DNA of 64,000 nt from Candidatus Paceibacter sp. (GTDB lineage Bacteria > Patescibacteriota > Patescibacteriia > Magasanikbacterales > UBA922). This document shows positions 18,966-28,243 of the stretch, one piece after another (the first letter of the stretch is position 1; each line of letters opens with the position of its first letter). The DNA is taken from contig DYFM01000004.1 in the NCBI GenBank assembly GCA_020725175.1, positions 20,015-84,014 on the forward strand. Direction: 5' to 3'. The notes below the pieces were generated by a model that saw only the letters and a list, made by a program, of their open reading frames with translations, had not been told where the DNA came from and made no database searches. The translations under genes were made by a program, and so were the position numbers.

Positions 18966-20080
18966 TTGTACAAATTTGAAAAGATTGACTATATGTATAT
19001 TCAACGTGATATAGAAAAAGTACTCAAGGAACGACTTTTTGGCGGGAAAGTTCTTATTTTGTATGGTCCAAGACAGGCGGGAAAAACTACGGTTATCAAG
19101 CAGTTGGTTTCTCCTTACGGAAGCGATGTTCGTTTTATTGATTGTGAATTGTTGGAAAATAGAGAATTATTGACCACTGCTCGTTCAGCTGATTTGTTTT
19201 CCCTGGTGGAGCAGTACAAAATTGTCGTATTTGATGAAGCACAGGTTATTCCCAACATCGGATCAGTACTTAAAACGTTACATGATCATCGTCCCGACAT
19301 CCAATATATTACCACCGGTTCATCGTCATTTGACTTGGCAAACGTGATTTTGGAACCACTGACCGGTCGATCTTTGGAATTTATCTTGTATCCTTTATCA
19401 TTGACCGAATGCGTATCAAACGCATTTGACGCGGAGCAGTACTTACAAATATTCTTACGTTTTGGTGGATATGCCGATATACGAGATATTAGCGAAGAAG
19501 AAAAAAAATTGCGTTTAAAACATTGGTCTCACAATATCTTTATAAGAATGTATTATCAGTGGGAGGAATCAAAAAACCCACTATTATGACGCAGTTAGTG
19601 ACATTGTTGGCCTATCAAATTGGCAGTGAAGTGTCCTACAGTGAAATCGCGCGACAATTGAAAACTAGCCAGCAGACGGTTGATCGATACATTGATATTT
19701 TAGAGAAAAATTTTGTGCTTGTACGACTACCTTCGTTTGCAGGAAATATGCGCAACGAAGTAGTTCGCGCTAAAAAAATATATTTTGTGGACTTAGGGAT
19801 TCATAATGCCATTATCGATGCGTTTGCGCCGATTGATACTGTGCGTCGACCGGACGTGGGTGCGTTGTTTGAAAATGGCATGATAATGGAACGACTAAAA
19901 TGGTTAGCACATCAGGGGCGTAATCATGAAGTGCAGTCTTTTTTTTGGCGAACCTTTTCACAGCAGGAAGTGGATTATATTGAACTGTCCGGAGACTTGA
20001 CGCGCGCGGTTGAATTCAAATGGAATGTGAAAAAAATTATTCGTTCCCTTCTTCATTTGTACAACACTATCCTGATATAA
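18966..20080 (+). pseudogene. AAA_14/DUF4143 ATPase interrupted by +1/-1 frameshift near 19500-19590 (homopolymer A8 at 19501-19508)
   Basis: track ORFs 18966..19589 (Walker A 'GPRQAGKTT', Walker B 'VVFDEAQ') and 19523..20080 (DUF4143-like 'LLAYQIGSEVSYSEIARQL') are the N- and C-halves of one protein in different frames; paralog of 4895..6169. Confidence 0.6.
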
Positions 20081-20149
20081 CTACTCGGTTGGTGACGCCA
20101 CGAGAGGCGTATCCGTTTGTGATTGGTGAGAGTATATAAAATTATTCCT

Positions 20150-20275
20150 TATTCGAGCACGCATGTTGCGTTGCTCTATGCCAAAGTAGATGGAGTTGGC
20201 TCCACCTTGAATAGCGGTAGTGAGGGATTCAAATGACCCGGTGGGGGGACATGGTTTCGATGGTTTTTTGTTGAG
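20150..20275 (-). pseudogene. truncated, frameshifted duplicate of the 5' end of the U32 peptidase gene
   Basis: about 85% identity to 18700-18830; minus-strand translation 'MSPHRVI*' versus parental 'MSPAGSFESL...'; second matching block 20436-20476 ~ 18866-18908. Confidence 0.6.
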
Positions 20276-20294
20276 CCATAGTGGTTTTTTTGAG

Positions 20295-20440
20295 TATATA
20301 GTGGTAACAAAGTGCAGTGGAGTGACGAATTGAGTCGAGACGAAATTTGTTACGTAAGAGGAGTTAGTAGGTGTTATTGGTGGGTTACATACACCCGGAC
20401 GAATTTCACTGCGGTTCAGTTTGTCATTCCAGTGAGTATT
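20295..20440. repeat. Family F TIR-bearing miniature element (copy 2) splitting the duplicated segment
   Basis: 'cagtggagtgacgaattgagtcgagacgaaatt ... ggacgaatttcactgcggttcagtttgtcattccag' homologous to 15625-15750. Confidence 0.55.
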
Positions 20441-20726
20441 GGGTTCGTACTATAGCAGAATGTGGGGGAAATCAAGAGTCTATAAAGGTGCTTGTTTTAT
20501 GGATGTTATGACAATAAATTACAGTTTTTTGTTACAATTTTAGTATTGTAGGGTTTTTTATAGCTCTTTGTCATTGGTGGTGGTGTGTAGTGCAGGGTGC
20601 ATATGTTTCTTAATATATATTCTATTGCAGTTTCTTTTTTTTGATTAAAGAAATCCTGAAGTTTGATCTGTTTGCGCATTAAAAAATTGCGTATGGTAGG
20701 TAAAGTATATTAGATACAGTGAAAAA

Positions 20727-20762
20727 AAAGTTATAACATCTATAGTTATAACTTTTTTTAAA
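20727..20762. terminator. bidirectional rho-independent terminator (A8-AAGTTATAAC-atctata-GTTATAACTT-T7)
   Basis: perfect 10-bp stem flanked by A and T tracts, just downstream of stop of 20782..21438(-). Confidence 0.65.
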
Positions 20763-20781
20763 TGAACATTGTGTGCTGAGA

Positions 20782-21438
20782 TTACTTACGGCTCGGTTTA
20801 GTTTCCGGTATGTTTTCTTTTGGTGGTGTAGTTTTATTAATTTCATTTTTACCCCTTGGCTCTGTTAATTCATCCAAACGTTTTTCACAATATTTTTCTA
20901 AACTATTCATTTGTGCTTCAATGTGACTGATGACACTAAAAACAATCGATTCTGAGTATGTATTATTGCTACACACATCAATCATTTTTTTTAACCAAGT
21001 AGATACTTCCCGAAAATACGCGTACCACTGAGTTTCAATGGTTTCATCTTCTTCTCTACTTCCAAATTCATCCCCAGGCTCCGAGAGGTTCAAGGATGTG
21101 CGTATCTCCATTAGTTCTGTCAATATTTGTTGTTTTTTCTTGTTAATAGAAGTTACTCCATCCGGCAAAGGAGCAGGTTCGTAACGTGATAATCCTGAGT
21201 ATGCACTATTTACGGCTATATCCCAGTCCGCCTTTGTTAAGGTCTGATTTTGAATTGATGTATCCTTAAGAAGCGTAATTAATCCTGATATGATCTTAGT
21301 GTCTATCCATTCTGTTACATGGGTAGGTTCTTCGTGAAAAATAGTACTAGCATTTGGATAATGTTTATTCTCAAGTAAACTCATAAAAAGAGAATGCAGT
21401 CTATCTTCTAAATTGTTATGTCTTGAATCATTACTCAT
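20782..21438 (-). CDS. hypothetical protein (track ORF extends to 21579 across a repeat; likely start Met at 21438 'MSNDSRHNN')
   Basis: acidic alpha-helical 218-aa product; the N-terminal 47 track residues are translation of Family B repeat. Confidence 0.4.
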   Translation of the reverse strand: MSNDSRHNNLEDRLHSLFMSLLENKHYPNASTIFHEEPTHVTEWIDTKIISGLITLLKDTSIQNQTLTKADWDIAVNSAYSGLSRYEPAPLPDGVTSINKKKQQILTELMEIRTSLNLSEPGDEFGSREEDETIETQWYAYFREVSTWLKKMIDVCSNNTYSESIVFSVISHIEAQMNSLEKYCEKRLDELTEPRGKNEINKTTPPKENIPETKPSRK

Positions 21439-21477
21439 AATAAAGTAAAAAAATTTAATTAAATTTAAATGTGGTTT

Positions 21478-21700
21478 ATCTCTCGATTTGAATCCGCCCA
21501 CAGCCCCCACCTCCACCCCCACCCGAGGCGGGTAAACAAGGCGGGTAAACAAGGCTGACAAGCAAGGTGTGCAAAGCAAGGCGGACGAGGGTTTTATTCC
21601 CTCCCGATATTATCGGGAAAAACTACCTATAGCGATACCTCGTCAGCTTCCACCCTCCACCCTAGGCGGACAGGTAAGGCGGACACGTGCGGCGGGGACA
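21478..21700. repeat. Family B gene-upstream repeat (long variant)
   Basis: 'cccacccgaggcgggtaaacaaggcgggtaaacaagg ... ggcggacaggtaaggcggacacgtgcggcgggga'; shorter copies 21993-22082 and 32815-32868. Confidence 0.6.
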
Positions 21701-21992
21701 TTCATTATTATGAGTTTAATAAACTATTTTTACCAAGACATGTATGATAAAATGGATTAAGTTTTTTTTTGTTTCTGCCATTGTTCGCCTGTCTGATTAA
21801 GGCGTGGAGTTGGACAGACGTCGTAGAACAGGTGTAAAAAAACAATTGTTCTGTGTGATTGTGGGGGTGGAAGTACTTACCCAATATTGATTATTATAGC
21901 ATAAATGTTATCTTTTGTCAAAAATAAAAGCTGCCATGGTCGAGGGCAAGATGAATAAAGAACCTTGAATAATTTTGGAAACCAGTTTTGTT

Positions 21993-22082
21993 TAATCCGC
22001 CCCCACCCCCACCCGAGGTGGGTAAACAAGGCGGGTAAACAAAGTGGACAGGTAAGGCGGACACGTGTGGCAGGGAAATTCA
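21993..22082. repeat. Family B gene-upstream repeat (core copy)
   Basis: 'ccgcccccacccccacccgaggtgggtaaacaaggcgggtaaacaaagtggacaggtaaggcggacacgtgtggcagggaaattcat'; contains hairpin cccacc-cga-ggtggg, tandem 14-mer GGCGGGTAAACAAG x2, palindrome gacacgtgtc. Confidence 0.6.
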
Positions 22083-22201
22083 TTTAAAAAAACGTTGCTG
22101 GAAAGGAATAGACCACCAATTGTCGGATTGAACGGGTAATAACGGATTCTTCTTTGTTATGTTTCTATTTCGTTTCATCTGTGGTCTATTTCTTACTTCA
22201 C

Positions 22202-24082
22202 TTATGTTTGTTCAATAAACTCCCCCGACTGGTGTCCCCACAAGGTCGCATATAATGCCGGTTGCTGAATAAGCTCCTCGTGTGTTCCGTCTTGCACAAT
22301 TTTTCCTTGATCGAGTACTATGATGCGGTCAAGATGTTTGATGGTGGAAAGTCGATGTGCAATCACAAGAGCGGTTTTATTTTTCATGAGTTTTTTGAAT
22401 CCATCCTGTATATATTTCTCCGACTCAGAATCGAGCGCACTGGTCGCTTCGTCGAGAATGAGAATGGGGGCGTTTTTGAGGAGCGCACGAGCAATGGCGA
22501 CTCGTTGACGTTGACCTCCACTCAGCTTTATTCCTCGTTCGCCGACCAAGGTATCATATCCATCCGGTAAGTCAACGATAAAATCGTGAGCATGAGCTAA
22601 TTTTGATGCTCGCAGGATTTCTTTCTCGGTGGCTTTTTCATTTCCATACGCAATATTTTCTCGCATCGATCGATGAAAGAGTAGTGGTTCCTGAGGAACA
22701 TAAGCAATATGCTCTCGAAGAGACTTTTGTGTGACAGATTTGATATTTTGTCCGTCTATAGAAATCGCACCCTGCTGGACATCAATAAATCGAAGGAGAA
22801 GTCGTGTAATAGTTGTCTTACCACTACCACTCGGACCCACCAACCCAACTTTTTGGTTGGCAGGAATGGTGATATTGAAGTCATAAAGAAAGGCATCTTT
22901 GCGGTTGCTGTCTTGGTAACCAAAATGTACACCAGTAAATTGAATTGCGGCCCGTTTAACCGATAGTTTTTTGGCTTTTGGTTTGTCTTGAATGATGGTC
23001 GGGGTAAGAAACAGTTCGGTAAATTCAGCGGCCTCTGTGATTGATGATTCGATATTGCGGTAAATGCGATTGATCTCCCAAAAAATCCTTGTTACCTGAG
23101 AGTAGTAAGAAAACACGACTACGAGTGCGCTCGCCGGTAAGGCAAGTGTTTCAGCGAAGAAGACGGTAAAGAGAAGTCCAATCACGTTACTGGTGACGTA
23201 CAATGGTGAGATACTGATATCAAACCGCAAATTTTGAAAGTTGGCTGCTTTGGTAAAGGCATCAGTATATCGGGCGGTATAGGTGGAATAGACGTTTTTT
23301 TCCTGTTCTTCTTTGGCAAACGACTTAATGGCCGGCATATTGGTAAGTGCGTCCGAAAGACGGCCAACCATTTGACTACTTGCATCATGCCGAGCTGTGA
23401 CGAGACGGGACCGCTTTCGAATGAGGGGGATGGCAACCGCCACAACAATACCAAGACAAAAGAGGAGGAGAATAGGGATGAGTGGAGAGTATCGCCAGAG
23501 GATAATAAAAGCGAACAGGAGAGGGAGAATGTTGGTAATAATGTTAAAAGAAAGTGTATCGGTAAATATTTCGAAGCTTCGGGCAAAGGCAGCGGCTTTT
23601 TTGGCGAGCGATCCAACAAAATTGTTGGTATAAAAATCATAGTCACGGTCAGTGAGACGTTCAAATGCTAGGTTGCTAAGTGCATGTACTCCGGCAGCTT
23701 CCAGTTTTATGAGATAATGAAGACCGATTCTCCAGAATACTTCACCTAGGAGCCATGACCCGGCAAACAACACGATTAGACTGCCGGCGGAGGAGAGGGT
23801 GACTCCATTGTTTAAAATGTATGTGTCAATGAGTTTGGCTACGATGAGTGGTGGGATGTAAAAAATAAGGATGGTTCCAATCCCGGGAGTTACAAATGAA
23901 ATCAACGTCCACCATCGGTGGGTTTTGTAGAGTTGCCAATAGTCATGGAGTACTTGTTTAATGGCTGGTGAGGAAGTTGTTTGTTTCATGTTGGGGTCTA
24001 AATGAAAAAAGTGATTGTATATTAGCAGATTTTTTGGTTTTTGGATAGAAAAATACACGCTCTTGGCGTGTTTTTTGGACAA
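22202..24082 (-). CDS. ABC transporter, fused permease/ATP-binding exporter (MsbA/ABCB-like)
   Basis: 626 aa; 6 N-terminal TM helices, Walker A 'GPSGSGKTT', signature 'LSGGQRQRVAIARAL', Walker B 'ILILDEATSALD'. Confidence 0.85.
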   Translation of the reverse strand: MSKKHAKSVYFSIQKPKNLLIYNHFFHLDPNMKQTTSSPAIKQVLHDYWQLYKTHRWWTLISFVTPGIGTILIFYIPPLIVAKLIDTYILNNGVTLSSAGSLIVLFAGSWLLGEVFWRIGLHYLIKLEAAGVHALSNLAFERLTDRDYDFYTNNFVGSLAKKAAAFARSFEIFTDTLSFNIITNILPLLFAFIILWRYSPLIPILLLFCLGIVVAVAIPLIRKRSRLVTARHDASSQMVGRLSDALTNMPAIKSFAKEEQEKNVYSTYTARYTDAFTKAANFQNLRFDISISPLYVTSNVIGLLFTVFFAETLALPASALVVVFSYYSQVTRIFWEINRIYRNIESSITEAAEFTELFLTPTIIQDKPKAKKLSVKRAAIQFTGVHFGYQDSNRKDAFLYDFNITIPANQKVGLVGPSGSGKTTITRLLLRFIDVQQGAISIDGQNIKSVTQKSLREHIAYVPQEPLLFHRSMRENIAYGNEKATEKEILRASKLAHAHDFIVDLPDGYDTLVGERGIKLSGGQRQRVAIARALLKNAPILILDEATSALDSESEKYIQDGFKKLMKNKTALVIAHRLSTIKHLDRIIVLDQGKIVQDGTHEELIQQPALYATLWGHQSGEFIEQT

Positions 24083-24121
24083 AGTTCGAACATTTTTTGA
24101 GCAAAACCTCCAATGAGGAAG

Positions 24122-24280
24122 CTAGTCCCGCCACTGCTCGATAAGCTCGCCACACCACAGAAAAATACTCTTTGCTCTTTTCATTTTGCGCCCGCCCGCC
24201 TTTTTCTTCTTTTAATGAAAAGAGTATTTTTCTGTGGTGTTCTGCCTTCCAAGTATTCATGCAGGTGGCGGGACTAATGC
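24122..24280. other. long (about 160 nt) imperfect palindrome / extended hairpin in IGR
   Basis: outer stem agtcccgccac/gtggcgggact, asymmetric internal loop, inner 32-bp near-perfect stem (cacaccacagaaaaatactc..ctcttttcatt / aatgaaaagag..gagtatttttctgtggtgt), GC-rich 27-nt apical loop 'ttgcgcccgcccgcctttttcttctttt'. Confidence 0.5.
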
Positions 24281-24455
24281 GGACGAAGTTTTGATAAAAC
24301 TCTTTTTTGGGAAAGGATTTGCTAAAATTTCGGCTGATTTGTTTTTGAATTCGGGTGTCGCAAATGGAAAAGGAGGGGTTTGGCGAGGAATTTTCCACTT
24401 GCTCCGCTGATTTCTTTTGGCAAAATTCGGGCGGGCAATTTCAAATTGCGTAGGA

Positions 24456-25274
24456 CTAATTTTTCAAAGCTCGCTTCGTTTCTCTACCAACTGAAAAGAA
24501 CTCGATAATTTTTATCTTTTTCTTTTCAACAAAAACAACAATAAGGTTAAACAACAAAGCGAGCAACACAAGGTATACGCCTCCTGCGAATACCGACGGA
24601 ATGTCATATAACGAACCTGAACGAATCATAAAATGTCCGAGTCCTTGGTTTGAGGAAATAAACTCTCCAATAAACGCACCAAGAAGTGCAAAACCGACAT
24701 TGAGTTTCATTGAAGCAAGAACCCAAGAAAGCGAGGACGGAAAAATGACTTTTTGAAAAATTTGAAAGCGTGTTGCACCAAAAATTTTCAATAGACGAAA
24801 TTCCTCAACATCAATACTTTTTGCCCCCTCATATGCTTGCGTAAGAGCGACAAGAAAAGCACCAAGTGTCGCCATCGCGATTTTCATACTCAAACCAATA
24901 CCGAACCAAACGATGACCATAGGTGCGAAAGCGAATATCGGAATTGCACCCAAAATCACGATGTATGGCCTAAATACACGCGCTACAAACGGCGAATACC
25001 AGAGAATGAACCCCGCTGTAGTACCGAAGATTACGCCGAAAACGAAGCCGGTTAATGCCTCAAAACCAGTTATGAAAAAGTCGCTTACGAGAAGCCCGCT
25101 TGCGGTATTTTGCAGAAGTGATGCCCAAATTTCCGAAGGTGAGCCGAAAAGAAAATTGAATCGTGGAAATTGAGAAGCAAACACTTGCCACACTGTAAGT
25201 ATGATGATAAAAAGTAAAAATGGTGAGATTATATAAAGAATTTTTTTCATATTTGTTTGCTCATCAATTTCCAA
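24456..25274 (-). CDS. ABC transporter permease (SsuC/TauC/NitT family)
   Basis: 272 aa, 6 TM helices, EAA-like loop 'ATRFQIFQKVIFPSSL'. Confidence 0.8.
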   Translation of the reverse strand: MEIDEQTNMKKILYIISPFLLFIIILTVWQVFASQFPRFNFLFGSPSEIWASLLQNTASGLLVSDFFITGFEALTGFVFGVIFGTTAGFILWYSPFVARVFRPYIVILGAIPIFAFAPMVIVWFGIGLSMKIAMATLGAFLVALTQAYEGAKSIDVEEFRLLKIFGATRFQIFQKVIFPSSLSWVLASMKLNVGFALLGAFIGEFISSNQGLGHFMIRSGSLYDIPSVFAGGVYLVLLALLFNLIVVFVEKKKIKIIEFFSVGRETKRALKN

Positions 25275-26032
25275 ATCCGCTCAAAAAGTTCTTGGAAATC
25301 TTTACTTTTTCGCACATTGACCGGATCGCGGTATTCGTCGTGAATATTAATATCTGTTTGATAAACAATCTTTGCTGGTCTTTCGCTGAACACGACCAGT
25401 TTATCGGATATTGCGATTGCCTCCTCAATATTATGCGTGACAAAAATAGCAACTTTTTGAGCGGATACAATATATGAGCGAATTTCTTTTACTAACTGCA
25501 AACGAGCGTCAAAATCTATTGCAGAAAATGGTTCATCAAAAAGCACAATATCGGAATCTTGAACCAAGGTTCGCATGAGAGAAACTTTTTGCCTCATTCC
25601 GCCGGAAATTTCTGATGGATAAGATTTTTCAAATTGCGCTAATCCATTCTTTTGCAATAAATCTCTCGCCTTGATGACAGACGTTTTTAAATTTCTTTTT
25701 TGTATTTCGGCGGGAAGCAAAATGTTTCCTATGAGCGTTCGCCACGGAAGAAGTAAATCTTTTTGTGGAACATATCCGACTGAACCATGTGCAGAAATTT
25801 CTCCAGTTGTTGTTTTTTCAAGACTGCTAATGATATTGAGAAGTGTTGTTTTTCCCGAACCACTTCTACCGACAATAGCAAGAATTTCACCCGCTTTTAC
25901 ATCAAGCGAAATATTTTCTAGAACAGATAAAACACTTCCGTTGGAGGAAAATTGTTTTGAAACATTTTCTGCTTTTATATAAGCAGCACTACTTTGTTTG
26001 TTCTGAGAATTTTGTGATGACATAGTTTTCAT
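25247..26032 (-). CDS. ABC transporter ATP-binding protein (SsuB/TauB-like)
   Basis: Walker A 'GRSGSGKTT', signature 'ISGGMRQKVSLMRTL', Walker B 'IVLFDEPFSAID'. Confidence 0.85.
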   Translation of the reverse strand: MKTMSSQNSQNKQSSAAYIKAENVSKQFSSNGSVLSVLENISLDVKAGEILAIVGRSGSGKTTLLNIISSLEKTTTGEISAHGSVGYVPQKDLLLPWRTLIGNILLPAEIQKRNLKTSVIKARDLLQKNGLAQFEKSYPSEISGGMRQKVSLMRTLVQDSDIVLFDEPFSAIDFDARLQLVKEIRSYIVSAQKVAIFVTHNIEEAIAISDKLVVFSERPAKIVYQTDINIHDEYRDPVNVRKSKDFQELFERIWKLMSKQI

Positions 26033-26969
26033 AAGATGCGGGTTTCTTCAGATCACCAACATCCAAACGAGCTTGGATAGCAGTATCCCAACCGGCCTTA
26101 GTGATAACTGTATCACTCGGAAAGACCCCCGCCTTTATCATGTTCTGAACAGCGTTCTTGGCGATGTCTTTCGGCACATCAGGGAATTTTGTAATGAGAA
26201 AGTCGGCTACTTCGTTTGGGTGTTGGCGAATGTATGTCATCGCCTTTTGAAGTGCGTTTACCGCTTTTTGTGTTATTTCGGGATTTTGCTCAACATAACT
26301 TGGTAATGCAGTCATACCCGTAATCGCAAATTCTGGATAGTAGTCGTTGAGTGAGTAGACAACATGGTCGCCATTTTTTACTGCCGTAGATACATTCGGT
26401 TCTAACTCCAAAGCGATGTCTACTGCTCCGGTATCAAGCGCAACAAGCAAAGAACCAAATGCTGTTTCTTTAATGTTTGATTTTATGTTTGCCGCTTGAA
26501 ACATTTTCTTCTGCAAAACATACGCGGTTGATGGCGATGGGAAAGTTGCAACACTGTATCCATTCAAACCAGATGGCGTTGAAATTGTTCCAATGCTTGG
26601 TTTTTTTGCAACGCCCCAAAACGGAACGCCACGAAGTACAGCGGCAACAACTTTTCCGGGCTGACCTTTTTCGCCGGAAACGGCGACAAAGGTTGGATCG
26701 CCTACAGCGAATTGAGCGTCTCCGCTCAAAAGTGCGGCAAACGCCTTTTCGTCTCCACCAGCCGTTGTGATGTTTACATCAAGTCCTTCGTCTTTGAAAA
26801 ATCCTTTTTCTTGAGCGACATATAAAGGCGCATATAAAAACACCTCGAATGCTTGTGCGATTGTAACTTTTTGCAAAGTTTGTGGCTGTTTCGACTGCTG
26901 TTGATAAGCGAAAAAGCCGACAACCGCTAACACGAGTACTCCAACAATACTCAAGGTTACTCTATTCAT
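25989..26969 (-). CDS. ABC transporter substrate-binding protein (NMT1/SsuA-like); start set at Met 26969
   Basis: 'MNRVTLSIVGVLVLAVVGFFAYQ' signal anchor followed by periplasmic-binding fold; track N-terminal extension (to 27089) runs through the tRNA-Ser gene and is rejected. Confidence 0.7.
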   Translation of the reverse strand: MNRVTLSIVGVLVLAVVGFFAYQQQSKQPQTLQKVTIAQAFEVFLYAPLYVAQEKGFFKDEGLDVNITTAGGDEKAFAALLSGDAQFAVGDPTFVAVSGEKGQPGKVVAAVLRGVPFWGVAKKPSIGTISTPSGLNGYSVATFPSPSTAYVLQKKMFQAANIKSNIKETAFGSLLVALDTGAVDIALELEPNVSTAVKNGDHVVYSLNDYYPEFAITGMTALPSYVEQNPEITQKAVNALQKAMTYIRQHPNEVADFLITKFPDVPKDIAKNAVQNMIKAGVFPSDTVITKAGWDTAIQARLDVGDLKKPASYENYVITKFSEQTK

Positions 26970-27004
26970 AGTATTGTTAATTTTAATTTCGCTGAATGAA
27001 AAAC

Positions 27005-27095
<91 letters not shown>

Positions 27096-27202
27096 ATTGT
27101 GGGGTTAGTTTAGCAGAATTGAGGGAAAAATCAAGTTGAGTTGGCAGGTTAGCAAGTCTGCATGTTGGCAAGTTTGTGGCATGTGTATGTGTGTTATCAA
27201 GC

Positions 27203-27230
27203 CTAAAGGCATGAGTTACAAGTTTCGAAA
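27203..27230. repeat. Family D repeat 'GCCTAAAGGCMTGAGTTACARG'
   Basis: 'caagcctaaaggcatgagttacaagtttcg'; second copy 31573-31602 'caggcctaaaggcctgagttacagggtg'. Confidence 0.5.
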
Positions 27231-27294
27231 ATAAAAAGACGAACTTCCGTTCGTCATTCTTAGAAATTAGATATTAGACATTAGACATTCCCAC

Positions 27295-28020
27295 TCACTT
27301 CGTTCCTTCCATAATCTCTAACACATCGCTCGCCGACGCTTCACCAACAATTTCTTCATAGAGATTTAGATTATCAAGGTCGCGGAGGAGGAGCATGACG
27401 AAGATGACGGCAGTAGCAAAAATTCCTTTGAAGATTGCGTCAAGAATAGGAACCTCGGACAGTGGGAGTATTGAAAGGGTGCAGAGCATGAGAATGGCCA
27501 GAACATAAATGAGGAGCCATTGGAAAATTGGTATTCGTTCTTGCTTCATGGCAATCATGTGTTTTCGAACGGTTTGGACAATGGTAAGTTCGTTGAGTAT
27601 TTGTTGCAGTGAAAGAAATTGGAGATTACTCAATCGTTTTTTCCCAATTTCATCATGTATCACGCGATGGATAGAAGATACGGTTTCCGATTTATGGGTA
27701 AAGTGCCAATCCCAGGTTTTTTTGTTCAACATCGTTTGGTAGTGAGCTTCAATAATATCATGAATTTGGTGAGTAAATCGTTTTGAGATATGTCGACTTT
27801 CTCGAAAAATAGAAGTCATGGCACCGTCATATTGTGCAATGAGATCTCGGATGGTGGTGTATCGTTTTTCCTGTCGAGAAATAAAAAATCCGGTAAAAAT
27901 AGCAAATAAAAAACTCGCTACGGTCAAAAAGATCTCGTACGAGCCAATTTGATCAAACGCGAAAATGAAATATACAATTGCCAGAAGAATGAAGAGCGTG
28001 AGCGGAAAATATTTTTTCAT
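27295..28020 (-). CDS. hypothetical membrane protein (2 N-terminal + 2 C-terminal TM helices)
   Basis: 241 aa; coding-like, no motif recognised. Confidence 0.4.
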   Translation of the reverse strand: MKKYFPLTLFILLAIVYFIFAFDQIGSYEIFLTVASFLFAIFTGFFISRQEKRYTTIRDLIAQYDGAMTSIFRESRHISKRFTHQIHDIIEAHYQTMLNKKTWDWHFTHKSETVSSIHRVIHDEIGKKRLSNLQFLSLQQILNELTIVQTVRKHMIAMKQERIPIFQWLLIYVLAILMLCTLSILPLSEVPILDAIFKGIFATAVIFVMLLLRDLDNLNLYEEIVGEASASDVLEIMEGTK

Positions 28021-28243
28021 AGTGACAGGACTTTTATGAGTTGCTTTTAGTATAACATACTTTGATGTTTTCTAGGAGATGGTGATGGGGATAACAAAAT
28101 AAATTCCAAGATACAAGAAACAATTTCCAAACAAATTCCAAATAATAAATATTAATTTCCAAAATTGTTTGGTTTTTAAAGATTACATATTGGATATTGT
28201 TTGGAAATTGTAACTTGAAATTTGCGATTTACTGCCATGCAGT

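Noticed and set aside
21877-22083. 68-aa minus-strand ORF and the 47-residue N-terminal extension of ORF 20782..21579
   Set aside because: Both are read-throughs of Family B repeats (Cys/Pro/Leu-rich translations). They are treated as non-coding upstream elements.
24122-24280. Assignment of the long hairpin to SRP RNA, RNase P RNA, tmRNA or 6S RNA
   Set aside because: By eye, none of the diagnostic conserved motifs were found. Only the overall 6S-like architecture is suggestive, so it is left as an unassigned structured element.
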